From Candidatus Thorarchaeota archaeon (GTDB lineage: Archaea; Asgardarchaeota; Thorarchaeia; Thorarchaeales; Thorarchaeaceae): a stretch of DNA of 64,000 nt. The notes under the pieces were generated by a model. It saw only the letters and a list, made by a program, of their open reading frames with translations. It did no database searches and was not told where the DNA came from. The stretch is taken from assembly GCA_016839275.1 (NCBI GenBank), contig JAEOUM010000025.1, positions 895-64,894 of the forward strand. The letters run 5' to 3'. Shown in pieces: positions 29,107-40,200 of this stretch; position 1 is the stretch's first letter, and every line of letters begins with the position of its first letter. Position numbers and translations under genes: made by a program.

Positions 29107-29502
29107 ATGAATAAAGATGAAAGTGAATGGAAACTCACTCTAAGTCCTGAGCAGTTCAAAGTCCTTCGCCAGTGCGGTACAGAACCTCCGTTCACGGGAA
29201 AGTATGTCCATCACAAGGAGAATGGTGTGTATGTCTGTGCTGGATGTGGGAATGAACTCTTCTCATCCAATACAAAATATGAGTCGGGAAGTGGTTGGCC
29301 AAGTTTCTGGGACCAACTATCTGATGATAGTGTTGAGAGAAAGATCGACAAGAGTCATGGGATGACACGTATTGAAATCGTGTGCAAGAAATGTGGAGGT
29401 CATCTTGGCCATGTCTTTGATGATGGTCCAAATCCAACGGGTCTACGATACTGTATAAATTCCCTCTCGCTGGATTTCAAGAAAACTGAAGAAGATACCT
29501 AG
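29107..29502 (+). CDS. msrB: peptide-methionine (R)-S-oxide reductase
   Basis: [10 protein letters not shown], two CxxC pairs ([21 protein letters not shown]), GWPSFW, and the catalytic RYCINS. Confidence 0.9.
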   Translation: MNKDESEWKLTLSPEQFKVLRQCGTEPPFTGKYVHHKENGVYVCAGCGNELFSSNTKYESGSGWPSFWDQLSDDSVERKIDKSHGMTRIEIVCKKCGGHLGHVFDDGPNPTGLRYCINSLSLDFKKTEEDT

Positions 29503-29576
29503 GCAGGGAAATGGCAGACGTCAGTACCTTTTTTTCCACAATACAATCCTCACTTTGTCTATGACATGTGATTACC

Positions 29577-30425
29577 ATGACAGTACCGTGGGAAAATGAA
29601 AGACATCTGGTGGAAGCAACAAAAGAACCAATCACAAAGAAGAGGTTAGTTGAAGATCTGCATAGAGCAGGAATTGAATCCGGTGATACGGTTCTTGTAC
29701 ATACTTCAATGCGTAGCATCGGCTGGATAGTGGGTGGCGCAGTGACTGCAATAGCGGCGTTAATGGACGCTGTAACCAAGGAGGGTACACTTGTCATGCC
29801 TACTCAGTCCACAGAAAATGGCGAACCATCCAGATGGCAACGCCCTGCGGTTCCCGAGAATTGGTGGGAAACAATCCGGGAAGAGATGCCACCATATGAT
29901 CCAGAGATAACACCTACAAGGAAAATGGGAATCATTGCAGAAACATTCAGAAAGTACCCAAGAGTATTTCGAAGCCCTCATCCTCAAGCATCATTTGGAG
30001 CGTGGGGTAAAATGGCACAATATGTAGTCGAGAAGCATCCAGTAGATGATGTTTTTGGAGATAACAGTCCTCTTGGAAGACTCTATGATCTAGATGCGAA
30101 GATACTACTGATTGGTATTGGTCTGAATGCAAATACCTCTCTGCATCATGCTGAGTTTAGGGCTAAATTACCAAATATGCCAAGAGAACACCTTGGAGTT
30201 GCAGTTCTAGATAATGGAAGGCGGGTCTGGAAAACATGGGAGCAGATTGAGTATAATGACGATGATTTTCCAAAGATAGCAGCGGACTTTGAAGAAAGGA
30301 CAGGTCGCACCCCAGTCTTTATTGGACAGGCTGAGAGCCATCTCTTTCCAATGAGAGATTTGACAGATTTTGGCGTAAAATGGTTACAGAAGAATCGTGT
30401 TTATGAACAAGTAAATGATTCGTAG
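29577..30425 (+). CDS. aminoglycoside 3-N-acetyltransferase (AAC(3)) family protein
   Basis: LVEDLHRAGIESGDTVLVHTSMRSIGWIVGG...GTLVMPT and NTSLHHAE match AAC(3)/YokD-family blocks. Confidence 0.7.
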   Translation: MTVPWENERHLVEATKEPITKKRLVEDLHRAGIESGDTVLVHTSMRSIGWIVGGAVTAIAALMDAVTKEGTLVMPTQSTENGEPSRWQRPAVPENWWETIREEMPPYDPEITPTRKMGIIAETFRKYPRVFRSPHPQASFGAWGKMAQYVVEKHPVDDVFGDNSPLGRLYDLDAKILLIGIGLNANTSLHHAEFRAKLPNMPREHLGVAVLDNGRRVWKTWEQIEYNDDDFPKIAADFEERTGRTPVFIGQAESHLFPMRDLTDFGVKWLQKNRVYEQVNDS

Positions 30426-30517
30426 AATATTCTAGCTTTGGAAAATATTCTTCCTTACAAGAAGTTAGGTACCTGTTCAATCTAACAGACTAGTGTCAGA
30501 TTGAGTCTATCGTGATT

Positions 30518-30865
30518 TCACTCACGTTCGGACTTGATTGCTTCAAAGGCTAGATGTTTGGCAGATTCTCGTTTCTTGCTAATGTCCCTTGCCTGATCCC
30601 GAATCTCTTCGAAAAGAGACTTGCGGGCATATACGGTCCTTTCGACAAAGGCGGCTACTGCTTCTGAGCGACTCTTGAAGATCTCGAGCTCAACAAGAGC
30701 GTCAAGTATCTCCACAATGTCCGCACTCATTCGTGTCATTACAGAAATCTCGCGATTCAGTTGCCCAATATCGCCTCGCTCAATTCGTCCCAACAATTCG
30801 TCCCTGAGGCTGGTCCTCTCGGTTGTTTCTTCTGTTCCTGCTTTCTGTTTTGACGTGCGTCTCAC
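30518..30865 (-). CDS. ribbon-helix-helix DNA-binding protein (paralog of 8361-8687)
   Basis: TSLRDELL...ISVMTRMSADIVEILDALVELEIFKSRSEAVAAFVERTV is colinear with the 8361 product (TSLRDRVL...IPVVARMNKRVVEILDSLVAIGVFKSRSEAAAALVEGAI). Confidence 0.7.
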   Translation of the reverse strand: MRRTSKQKAGTEETTERTSLRDELLGRIERGDIGQLNREISVMTRMSADIVEILDALVELEIFKSRSEAVAAFVERTVYARKSLFEEIRDQARDISKKRESAKHLAFEAIKSERE

Positions 30866-31034
30866 CCCATGTTTTCACTAGGTGCAATTAAACTTCCAAT
30901 TTTGCGCTATTTAAAGTTTCATGTATTGGCTGATATATAATATTGTTACAAATTTGTTGCTGTAGACATTTACAGTGGATAGTGTATTAAAAACTGGCCC
31001 CATAATGGAAAGAAATGGAATGGGGTGATAAAGA

Positions 31035-31811
31035 CTAGTCGACATTCTCTTGAGATTCGATCTTCTTGCGAATCCTCTCGACTGCAGTAGAGAATCGTTC
31101 TGCCGCTCTTGATAGTTCTTCTAGAACCTCTGGAGAAGGATCACTCATGATCACTACTGGAAGACTCTGGAGAGTATCAAATAGGCCCAGGAGAGGTGGA
31201 GGAAGAGCGTCAAGTCGTTCAAAGATTAGAGGTAATGGTCCGGGGAAAGGAGAAAACCCTTGCACAATCTTTTCACGAAGCTCGCCACTACTGTCAATCT
31301 CGGTTTCAAGAAACTGCAATCCCTTATCTGTGAGCTCGTATCGACGAGTCTTCTCATCAGTATCAGCGAGTTCTCGAGTCAATCCATCTTGAAGGAGACT
31401 CTTCAGTAATGGATAGATAGAACCCGGTTTTGGTTTCCATCTGCCAGCTGTTTCCTCTTCGATAGCTGATGTCAACTCAGCTCCAGACATTGGGTGTTCC
31501 TTGAGAATATGCAGTACCCTGTATCGCAGGAAGCCCTTGGGAACAATGGCAGTATGCTGTATCCACTTCTGTACAATACTGGGTTGTCCAACATGGTCCC
31601 TGAATTTGGCTAATCGCTCCTCTGAGAGATAGTATTTGTTGCCGACCTGTATTATAGGGTTTATATCAGGGGGCACTGGAGGTTTCACATGTCGAAACAT
31701 TTCAGGGATGCCTAGTTCTTTCAGGCTTATTGCCTTCTCAGGCGTAGTCGCACCTCGTTCTCGAAATGTATCTACTAACCTGCGAAAGGGACTGAACATA
31801 ATCTCTTGCAT
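31035..31811 (-). CDS. PadR-family transcriptional regulator with N- and C-terminal extensions
   Basis: RYRVLHILKEHPMSGAELTSAIEEETAGRWKPKPGSIYPLLKSLLQDGL...RRYELTDKG is the canonical PadR wHTH. Confidence 0.75.
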   Translation of the reverse strand: MQEIMFSPFRRLVDTFRERGATTPEKAISLKELGIPEMFRHVKPPVPPDINPIIQVGNKYYLSEERLAKFRDHVGQPSIVQKWIQHTAIVPKGFLRYRVLHILKEHPMSGAELTSAIEEETAGRWKPKPGSIYPLLKSLLQDGLTRELADTDEKTRRYELTDKGLQFLETEIDSSGELREKIVQGFSPFPGPLPLIFERLDALPPPLLGLFDTLQSLPVVIMSDPSPEVLEELSRAAERFSTAVERIRKKIESQENVD

Positions 31812-31941
31812 TGTCGAACTAGCCTTTATCTTATTCGAAATATCATATATGATACAAAAATATCAAATTTGATATATAAGGCAAGTGAAAGATTCAATTC
31901 TGTACGAAAAGCACGATCTGGAATCTAGAGAGATAGACCGA

Positions 31942-32163
31942 CTAAGCTAGAGCCTTGTCAAGGTCTGCGAGGAATTTCTCTTCATCTTCAGCCATCCTAC
32001 TCTTTATTGCCTTCCAAGCCGCAGAGCAGTTTTTGTAGGGGACGTTCATGAGTTTGTGAATCTTCTTATCAATCTCTTGTTTGTTTTCAGATGTGACTTC
32101 AACTCCAATCTGTTCGAATACCAGTTTCAAATGCCTAAAATAACATGTCAAGAGTGCCACCAT
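31942..32163 (-). CDS. small conserved hypothetical protein (family copy 2)
   Basis: 73 aa. CYFRHLKLVFEQIGVEVTSENKQEIDKKIHKLMNVPYKNCSAAWKAIK aligns with the 20710-20937 product. Confidence 0.5.
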   Translation of the reverse strand: MVALLTCYFRHLKLVFEQIGVEVTSENKQEIDKKIHKLMNVPYKNCSAAWKAIKSRMAEDEEKFLADLDKALA

Positions 32164-32250
32164 TCAAATCAAGATTGAGAATATCCTTTGAATCTTTTGA
32201 CAAGGAGGTAGCAAGTACTAAATTGGATATCTAACATATGACTAGATACA

Positions 32251-32625
32251 ATGTCGCCTATAATCGGAATTGGTGGAATATTCTTCAAGTCAAAGAATCC
32301 AAAGGATCTTCAGAAATGGTACGTCGAGAACTTAGGGCTGCAGCCAGACGATGAGGGATATATTATCTTTCGACCACATAGTCATGATGAACCGGGATAT
32401 ACCATATGGGCACCTTTTCCATCGAATACAAAGTACTTTGAACCAAGTAGTGCCTCGTTTATGAGCAACTTTAGAGTCACAGAGTTGGACTCATTTGTTG
32501 AAAAACTCAGGCAGAGAGGCGTCACAGTTCACGAGAGTATCGAAGTGACGCCAGAGGGAAAGTTCACCTGGATTATGGACCCAGAAGGGAACCGTGTTGA
32601 ACTATGGGAGCCCCCTCGGACTTAG
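32251..32625 (+). CDS. VOC (glyoxalase/bleomycin-resistance) family protein
   Basis: GIGGIFFKSKNPKDLQKWYVENLGL ... DPEGNRVELWEP, the typical paired beta-alpha-beta-beta-beta module ends. Confidence 0.7.
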   Translation: MSPIIGIGGIFFKSKNPKDLQKWYVENLGLQPDDEGYIIFRPHSHDEPGYTIWAPFPSNTKYFEPSSASFMSNFRVTELDSFVEKLRQRGVTVHESIEVTPEGKFTWIMDPEGNRVELWEPPRT

Positions 32626-32667
32626 TCCGTAACGAATCTTATTTATAGTTAATTTTCATATCTGGTC

Positions 32668-33681
32668 GTGGGGATTCATTTGCATTATAGACGAGTTGGA
32701 AAAAGCGGATTGAAGATCAGTGAGATTTCTCTAGGTTCTTGGTTGACCTACGGAGGAACTGTCGAAAATCAAGTTGCTAAAGAATGTATGAACACAGCAG
32801 TGGAACAGGGTATCAACTTCGTTGACTGTGCGGAGATCTATGCCGGAGGTAAGGCAGAGGAGGTCATAGGGGAATGGCTTGCTGAAGAGACCGTCAATAG
32901 AAAGGACCTTGTCATCTCCAGCAAGGTGTTCTGGCCTACTAGTCAAGACATCAATGACTGGGGAAATAGCAGACGGAATATTACCAATGCTATTGAAGGC
33001 ACGCTCAACCGTCTCAATATTGATTATTTAGACCTCTACTACCTTCACAGATACGATCATACTACACCAGTCAGAGAAACAGTGGAAACCCTTGATGGCC
33101 TAATAAGAGCAGGTGATGTTCGTTATTGGGGCACATCTGTCTGGACTGCGGCTCAGCTTGAGCGGGTTCAGGCTGTAGCAAAGGAAATTCATGCTCACAG
33201 ACCAATTGTTGAACAGCCGATGTACAACATGTTCTCGAGGCACATCGAAGTCGAAATCATGCACGTTGGCAAGACCCATGGTATGGGCTTTACTGTATGG
33301 AGTCCTCTAGCACAAGGTCTTCTCACTGGAAAGTACAACGATGGCATTCCAGAGGGAAGTAGGGGCTCAAAATCCGATATGGTGAAAACCCTACTTACAG
33401 AGGAGAACCTGTCGAAGGTGAGGAAACTTGGAGATATTGCAAAATCCTTGGATATCACAACAAGTCAGTTAGCTTTGGCATGGATCCTCAGACGACCTGA
33501 GATATCAGCTGCGATTGTAGGAGCAACGAGACCACAGCATGTTATTGAGAGCGCGGGTGCATCCGATGTAGAGCTATCAGCAGAGGCCCTTGAACAGATA
33601 GAAGGGGTGTTGGACAATAGGCCCCAATGGCCACCGACCTATGAGCCTAACATCTACTTTGAGGATAAAATGAGAGGGTGA
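32668..33681 (+). CDS. aldo/keto reductase
   Basis: YRRVGKSGLKISEISLGSW, DCAEIYAGGKAEEVIG, YLDLYYLHRYD and the GTSVW blocks of the AKR (Kv-beta-like) family. GTG start. Confidence 0.8.
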   Translation: MGIHLHYRRVGKSGLKISEISLGSWLTYGGTVENQVAKECMNTAVEQGINFVDCAEIYAGGKAEEVIGEWLAEETVNRKDLVISSKVFWPTSQDINDWGNSRRNITNAIEGTLNRLNIDYLDLYYLHRYDHTTPVRETVETLDGLIRAGDVRYWGTSVWTAAQLERVQAVAKEIHAHRPIVEQPMYNMFSRHIEVEIMHVGKTHGMGFTVWSPLAQGLLTGKYNDGIPEGSRGSKSDMVKTLLTEENLSKVRKLGDIAKSLDITTSQLALAWILRRPEISAAIVGATRPQHVIESAGASDVELSAEALEQIEGVLDNRPQWPPTYEPNIYFEDKMRG

Positions 33682-33770
33682 ATCCGCTATACATTACCGC
33701 AGGGAAAATGAGAAACCATTGACAGAGTCATACCCAAGAAGTAATTTATCATGAGAATCGTAGAGAGGTT

Positions 33771-34235
33771 GTGAGAATAGTGAGTATATCTGATGAACTA
33801 AAAAGCTGGTCATGGATTTTAAAAATCTGGGTAAGCCTGTACCCTGTACTTGTAATTCTAGGGATAATTGTAGGGACTTTATTCAGTCCTAGTTATTACT
33901 GGTTAGTGACAATCATCGTTGTTCCACTCGCGGTCATTCCTATAACTTACAGAAATCTTGTCGGAGGGGGATGTAGTCTCAGATTCCAGATTTGTGCCTT
34001 AGTCAAGGGTATGCTCGCTGGTTCTGTACTTCTAGTCTTAGCCCTTGCTGCAGATACCATCGTCTGGCAGGTTATTGGTCCATCTGTTGGATGGAGCCCA
34101 ATGACATTCAGCATGTTCCAAGAGATTTACCTCATCTGGCTCCTCAGTGGAACCATTGGAGGATTTGGCGCTCGAATAGTCGAAGTCAGAGCTCAAACGC
34201 GACCTACTGAAATCAGAATTGTTGGGTTCGAATAG
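33771..34235 (+). CDS. hypothetical membrane protein
   Basis: Four predicted TM helices. No motif. GTG start. Confidence 0.4.
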   Translation: MRIVSISDELKSWSWILKIWVSLYPVLVILGIIVGTLFSPSYYWLVTIIVVPLAVIPITYRNLVGGGCSLRFQICALVKGMLAGSVLLVLALAADTIVWQVIGPSVGWSPMTFSMFQEIYLIWLLSGTIGGFGARIVEVRAQTRPTEIRIVGFE

Positions 34236-34300
34236 CAAAAGTCAGAAAATAAAAGGGCTCGCCATACTACTACCAAGTCCCCAAAACAGAGGAGTTGTAA

Positions 34301-35482
34301 ATGGCAGAACCGAGCTCTGAGCAGATTCGATGGAACCAACTTCGAAAACAGTATCTTCTTGATGAGAGAGGCATTGATTTCTATGAGTTGATTAAGTCGC
34401 AGCTGGGACTTCATTCCACAGATTATTGGACTCCCTATTTCTCTGTATGGGCAAGGATAGGTAATTTTGATGCGGAGAAAATGTTCAACTCGATCAACAA
34501 CGGGAAGAAAATAGTCAGAACTCATGCATTTAGGACGACATTACATGTTATTCACGTGGATAATTTGCCCCTAATACTCAGTGCTACTGGACCAGCTTTG
34601 TTTAAGGCGTCAAGAACGGACAAGTTCAGAAAAGTGAATCTATTAAGCGATCAAGAAGTCGAGCATCTATTAAATCGCGTTAAGTCAACACTGCAAAATG
34701 GCCCGTTACAAATGAGTGAGTTGAAGCGAGCGGCTCCTGACGCAGAAGTGCATATGCGCTCTGCCTTGGTGATGCTTATGGCTAGAGGCGAGGTGGTCAG
34801 AGCAAAAGCAAGTCATGCTCGAAATAATCTAACTTCCTACGCCTTGATGGACGAATGGGTTGATGGTTTTCGTATGAAGCATTTGGATGAAGAAGAAGCC
34901 ATCAATGAACTGATAAAACAGCATATTGAGTTATTCGGGCCAGTATCTATTGACGACATAGCATGGTGGTTAAGAGTTACTAAAACCACTGTGAAGAACT
35001 CACTAGAGAAGATTGGTGAGTCGGTGGTCAATATAGAATTACAGAAACAGGGGAGATACATGATGCAATCTGATTATGAGATTGCAGCATCTCTAGAGGC
35101 ACCCGACAAGGACTTGGTCTGGTTTCTCCCTTACGAGGACCATTTTCTCAAAGCACTCATCGACAGAACTAGTTTCATCAGAGAAGATATCCAATCCTAT
35201 CTATTTCCTGCAGATAGAAGACACTTCTGGCCTTCAAATCCTGATGCACCACGGGTAATGCCAAGCCCTGGATTGCGTGCAACAGGAGAAGTTCGACCCT
35301 CAATCTGGTTAAATGGAGAGGTCGTAGGAAGATGGGAAATCGACGACGGGGAAGAACAAAAGAAGATAGTCATAAGCATCTATAGAAAGGGGGCTAGGAA
35401 TCATCAGGAGAGTATAGAGCAGTCAAGAGAGAAGCTTGAGAACTTCGTAAATGATTCTTTGCAGCCAATATCAGGTGGATAA
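34301..35482 (+). CDS. YcaQ/AlkZ-like winged-helix DNA-binding (putative crosslink glycosylase) family protein
   Basis: The N-terminal QLGLHSTDYW...IVRTHAFRTTLHVIHVDNLPL and the C-terminal IWLNGEVVGRWEID resemble the family blocks (lQaQd...mRgTlHlv..dD; v.G.W). Confidence 0.55.
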   Translation: MAEPSSEQIRWNQLRKQYLLDERGIDFYELIKSQLGLHSTDYWTPYFSVWARIGNFDAEKMFNSINNGKKIVRTHAFRTTLHVIHVDNLPLILSATGPALFKASRTDKFRKVNLLSDQEVEHLLNRVKSTLQNGPLQMSELKRAAPDAEVHMRSALVMLMARGEVVRAKASHARNNLTSYALMDEWVDGFRMKHLDEEEAINELIKQHIELFGPVSIDDIAWWLRVTKTTVKNSLEKIGESVVNIELQKQGRYMMQSDYEIAASLEAPDKDLVWFLPYEDHFLKALIDRTSFIREDIQSYLFPADRRHFWPSNPDAPRVMPSPGLRATGEVRPSIWLNGEVVGRWEIDDGEEQKKIVISIYRKGARNHQESIEQSREKLENFVNDSLQPISGG

Positions 35483-35633
35483 CGACAAGCCTCAAGCCAA
35501 GGAAATCAAAGGCTTTTTCCTGTCAAAGAGAGAACTCACCACCATGGTCAGATATTTTGCTAGTGATATGTAGATAATACGACACGGAACGCAAATATAC
35601 TGATTTGTCTATGAAAAAATATACCATCCGGAG

Positions 35634-35852
35634 ATGAAAAGAATGGGAAAGGGTTTAGCTATACTTGGACTCCTACTAATCATTGTAGGAATCTTACCTC
35701 TTATCCTACCAATGGTAGGATACGCGGCATATGCCAGTTACTTCTATTTGGGAATCTACACACTCCCACTAGCAGGGTACGATTTCTCTGAACTCATGCT
35801 CATACTGCTAGGACTCGGTGTTGTTCTCCTCATCGTAGGAGCTGTGAAATAG
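35634..35852 (+). CDS. small hypothetical membrane protein
   Basis: 72 aa with two or three hydrophobic helices. Followed by a hairpin terminator. Confidence 0.4.
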   Translation: MKRMGKGLAILGLLLIIVGILPLILPMVGYAAYASYFYLGIYTLPLAGYDFSELMLILLGLGVVLLIVGAVK

Positions 35853-35878
35853 TCCGCGCATACAAAGAAAGAGAAAAA

Positions 35879-35912
35879 GCGGGGGAGTTTATGCTCCCCT
35901 CCAATATTTTTT
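35879..35912. terminator. bidirectional hairpin plus T-tract between convergent genes
   Basis: GGGGAGtttatgCTCCCC followed by ccaatatttttt on the + strand, and by gcttttt on the - strand. Confidence 0.55.
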
Positions 35913-35922
35913 CCGAAATGTT

Positions 35923-36282
35923 CTATTTGATTCCTATCCTAGTGGCGATTTTTACAATGAGAAAGACCACAAATGCCACAATTATGAATGTGATCAAGCT
36001 ATTTATGATAGGTCCTGCTGCGAGTTCATAGTTTACATCAGTCCCACCAATACCAGGCAATACAAACTGAATCAAAGGCATGATGAGGCTATTTACAAGG
36101 GCCTGTATGATGGCACCAATGTAGATACCTAGAATGAATGCAACAGCCAATCCCAGAACCTTATACTGGGATATAAAATCAATGAACTCATTGACAAGTC
36201 CTTTCGGCGGAGTCGGTGCAGGTGCGGGAGTTAGTAGTTTTCGTATCTCTCTCAATTCTTCAAGCATTTCGTCATTTGACAT
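35923..36282 (-). CDS. mscL: large-conductance mechanosensitive channel
   Basis: LVNEFIDFISQYKVLGLAVAFILGIYIGAIIQALVNSLIMPLI matches the MscL TM1 region (F..F...GNV.DLAVG.IIG.AF..IV.SLV.D.IMP). Start taken at MSNDEML; the longer ORF to 36423 overlaps the next gene. Confidence 0.8.
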   Translation of the reverse strand: MSNDEMLEELREIRKLLTPAPAPTPPKGLVNEFIDFISQYKVLGLAVAFILGIYIGAIIQALVNSLIMPLIQFVLPGIGGTDVNYELAAGPIINSLITFIIVAFVVFLIVKIATRIGIK

Positions 36283-36388
36283 TCTAACAACCTCAAGCAA
36301 AACGGTAGAATAACATTGAAGTATCTGGAATAATACTTTTGCGTTGAAACAGCTAGAGTAATATTGGAGAAGGACCCAAGCACTATGT

Positions 36389-37018
36389 ATGTCATTCTGG
36401 TTCATTCTCTCAGTCATTGGCATTGTTGTAGTGGTACCGATACACTTCGTTTCGGTGAATCATATTGATCTTGAGGAGAAATTTGGAAAAGAGAGAGGAG
36501 CCAGAATAGGAGCGATTCTAGGCATGATTTCAGGATGGGGAATCTTCCTTTTCCTTTTTGGTCTCTGGTTTTCACCACAACCACAATTCATCATTCCAAT
36601 CATGTCAGAGATTCTACTGATTATCCCCATCTTTGGGCTTATGACACTTCAAATTCCTGTTTTTCACCTAATTCTGTTTGTTATCATTACCATTCCTGGA
36701 GCGTGGCTTGGAATACGAGGAGTCACGGATATTGGCCTCGAAGCATCTGAAACTCACAAATCTACACAGATTATTAACACAGGGATCTATTCGCATATTC
36801 GACATCCACAGTATCTTGGAGCGATGCTATCTCACATCGGAATTACATTCCTTGTGTCGGGATTCTACTCGCTCATTGTTACACCACTTGTAGTCGTAAT
36901 TAACTGGCTCCTCTGTTGGAAAGAGGAAAAAGAACTGGTGAGAGAGTTTGGCGAAACCTATTCACAGTATAGGAAACAAGTGCCTATGTTTCTTCCAAGA
37001 TTAAGAAGACATGAGTAA
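36389..37018 (+). CDS. ICMT/PEMT-family membrane methyltransferase
   Basis: GIYSHIRHPQYLGAMLSHIG and WKEEKELVREFGETYSQYRKQVP. Second member of this family in the window. Confidence 0.7.
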   Translation: MSFWFILSVIGIVVVVPIHFVSVNHIDLEEKFGKERGARIGAILGMISGWGIFLFLFGLWFSPQPQFIIPIMSEILLIIPIFGLMTLQIPVFHLILFVIITIPGAWLGIRGVTDIGLEASETHKSTQIINTGIYSHIRHPQYLGAMLSHIGITFLVSGFYSLIVTPLVVVINWLLCWKEEKELVREFGETYSQYRKQVPMFLPRLRRHE

Positions 37019-37206
37019 TACGGAGTGTCTTCTATTTTGTAATCTCATCTTCAATACAATTGCATGATAGAGTATTCCAAACAAACAACAGTAATAACTC
37101 AAGGAAGAGCAAAGAATACTACTCCAATTAGCGTAACAAGCAGTTGTAGAGTTATGAGGCTGAATACTTCATAGTCCCCCTTTGAAAAACTGATGAGGCT
37201 GATGAG

Positions 37207-40200
37207 ATGCGCGCCAGAAAAATTGTACTTGTATCATTCATTATCGTTCCAATTCTTTTGGGTCTAGTTATAACACCACAGACATATCCAAGAAATTCCA
37301 TCTCAAATGATTCACCTAGTGATTCATTATACTCATTGGTAGAAGAAGGAAAGGAATTCAATTCAAAAGCAGGATTTTCGCTTTCACAGGACACTCAAAC
37401 CGGCATTCTGAATCCTGCGAGAATGGTTCAGAGAGGTCATCAAGACACCAGTCTACTTAGAGCAAGAACCGATTCCGGGAAGAACACTCAACAGAATATC
37501 ACCATTGATGAAGCAAATCATTGGACTGCTTCCAGAACAGAGGTTGAAGTTACCAATCTAAGAAAGCTATATGCAGTTAATGGAACTTTTGATGATGAAG
37601 TGGATCCCTGGACAAGCTCAACGTATGACCCAAGTGGGGGAAAACAAACTCAGACTGCGGTATGGAATTCAACGGAAGGATATGTCACAGTAGCGAATAT
37701 TGGAGAATTCAAAGATAGGAACCCACCTCAGGATGATACGTACACGCATCATTATACATCCGAAATAGTATGGTCGCAGACTGTAACCAACTCTCCACTT
37801 TCAAATAACTTCAGTCTAAGTTTCAGGTACAGATATGTTTCAGGTCCAGTTGATCCAGCACCATACGATTTTAGTGGTGATGTGGAACTTCGAATCTATG
37901 TTCACACCGACACCTACTACATGAGTATCGCTACAGGAGATTTGCGAGGTGTCTGGTATTCAATTACTGATTACCCTATAGAGCTCACTGGAGCTCCTGC
38001 AAGTTTCACGGTTGGAATAGGAATTTACATTGAATATGCAGATCTTGTCCTCACAGAAAATGGAGACTATGATGATGATGGATTTCCTGACGGTCTTATC
38101 AATGCACAAAAAATCGAAGTGAATCTTGACGATTTCGAATTCAAAAGCCAGACCCCTGTCCCATATTCAAATGTTGAACTTACATTCAATGCTGAAGGAT
38201 TAACTAGTTTAATTACAGGTCCTACGGGCGGAATCGGGACATCAACGATCTCAAACTCAACACCTTGGAATGTCAGTCCTCTTCAAATAGAAGTAACAGC
38301 AAATACTTCCGTATCGTTTGAATATTCTGTAACGACATACTTCCAGCGAGATATTAATTCCTCTTGGACTACAGATTTGTCAAAACAGGGAGTATCATAC
38401 ACTATAGATTCAGGTCAGAGCTCAGATCTAGTGATGTATACCTATGTATCAACTTCAACCGAATATCAGAATCTTACACTTACGATTGAATATCCTTCAG
38501 ATTGGGAAAACATCACGATTTTAGACCCACTTAACAACGATATCACGGGGTTATGTTCTGCTGCAACAGGTAGTATTTATGTTCCAAACAGTCTTTTTAC
38601 TAGAGTAGGATGGTGGAAGATAACATACCAAGCGTTCAACTATGCCAAGATCATCTCCATTCAAATGCAGGACAGTTTTTCAGGAAATTGGACAGAAAAT
38701 TCCCTCTTCAGAACAGGCAATATCACGCGAACTCAGGTAGAGATAGGTACAGCAAGCGTTACTCCAGAAGCAGGCGCACCAGTTGACATTGAATGGATTA
38801 GACCTAACGGCGCAGTATGGGCTTCCGATTCTATTTCGAGCATCATTGGGGGACAAGTTAACAGCTCATCTTGGGTATTAGGTGGAACGAACACATCAGC
38901 AGGCGAATGGGTTGTAGAGGTGTTCTGGAATAATGGCACGGAACTTGCCTATGGACATGCATTGTTTGATCTTTACCATCAGGCGTCTGTTACCGTAAGC
39001 TATCCAATAATAGAGGCAGATTACGGACAAATCATCTCAAATCTGATTACTTTCAAGGATGCAGATACAGGAGAGTATCTCTTGGATGACAGCGTATCAA
39101 TCGTTGCTAACTGGTCCAGTACGATTGTCACATTTACTCAAAATTATGCGAAGAATTGGTGGGAAGCAGACTTTGATACCACGCTACTTGGCAATGGAAG
39201 ATTTGTCGTAGACGTCAATGCATCAATGCCATACTTTGACATGGTCGCTTCTCAATTTACTGTCATCTCACTTTTTGAAACATCATTGGAAATTCTAAAT
39301 GCGGGCTCAGCTCCAATTGAAAATGGGCTCAATGAGATTTTCACAGTCTTACTAAGCTATGAACTCCTGAACGGAACTGGCGTAGCAGGTGCAGTCCCTA
39401 CTATTTCTCATTCTGGTCAGGAAAATAGTCTTGCATGGAGTAATTTTGTAGATAATAATAACGGATTCTATGCAATCGATATTCGGTGTAATATTTCTGG
39501 TATTTATGAAATTGCCATCACCTTATCAAAACCATTCCATTACAATACATCTGATTCCTTTACATTACTCATCAGAATCGTTGATACTACAGTACAGGGC
39601 TCGAGCCCCTTTGAGGCCCTCCTCATTGGTAGATCATATACCTTCATCTTTAGTTACATCTTTGAGTCCAACAGCAGCTATATTCATGGTGCAACCATAC
39701 TTGCATTTGGAGATGGAGCAGGTTGGATAACCTACACCGAGCTCGAATCAGGACAATACATTGTGAATCTTACTCCTCTGGAAATTGGAGAGCATTATAC
39801 CATACTGACCTTTGAGAAAGATGGTTTTGAAACAGCATCATACAGGTTGACCTTCAGTGTAGAGAGAGTGCCAATCAGTGTTGAAGTCTTGCAGGGACTG
39901 AGTGCTCCTGAGTTGAGCCAAAGTACGATTCTTGTTAGAATATCTGAAACAGACACAGACCAACCCGTGAGTGGATTGGAGGTATACTGTTACATCATTG
40001 ATCCAAACGGAGCTTCAGGTAGTTCAATAATTATGGATGAAACAAGTACGAGCGGAGTCTACAGCGCGGTCATAATTATGCCAGCAGCAGAAGGTGTCTA
40101 CCAACTGCAAATCACATGTGAAGCAGAAAACTATGCTCTAGAATCCTCATTCATTGTTCAACTTCAACCTGGAAGGGACTTCATGACGATGCTTTGGGTT

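Noticed and set aside
36283-36423. 47-codon N-terminal extension of the MscL ORF
   Set aside because: The extension overlaps the start of the plus-strand ICMT-like gene and has no MscL counterpart. The internal ATG gives a normal-length MscL.
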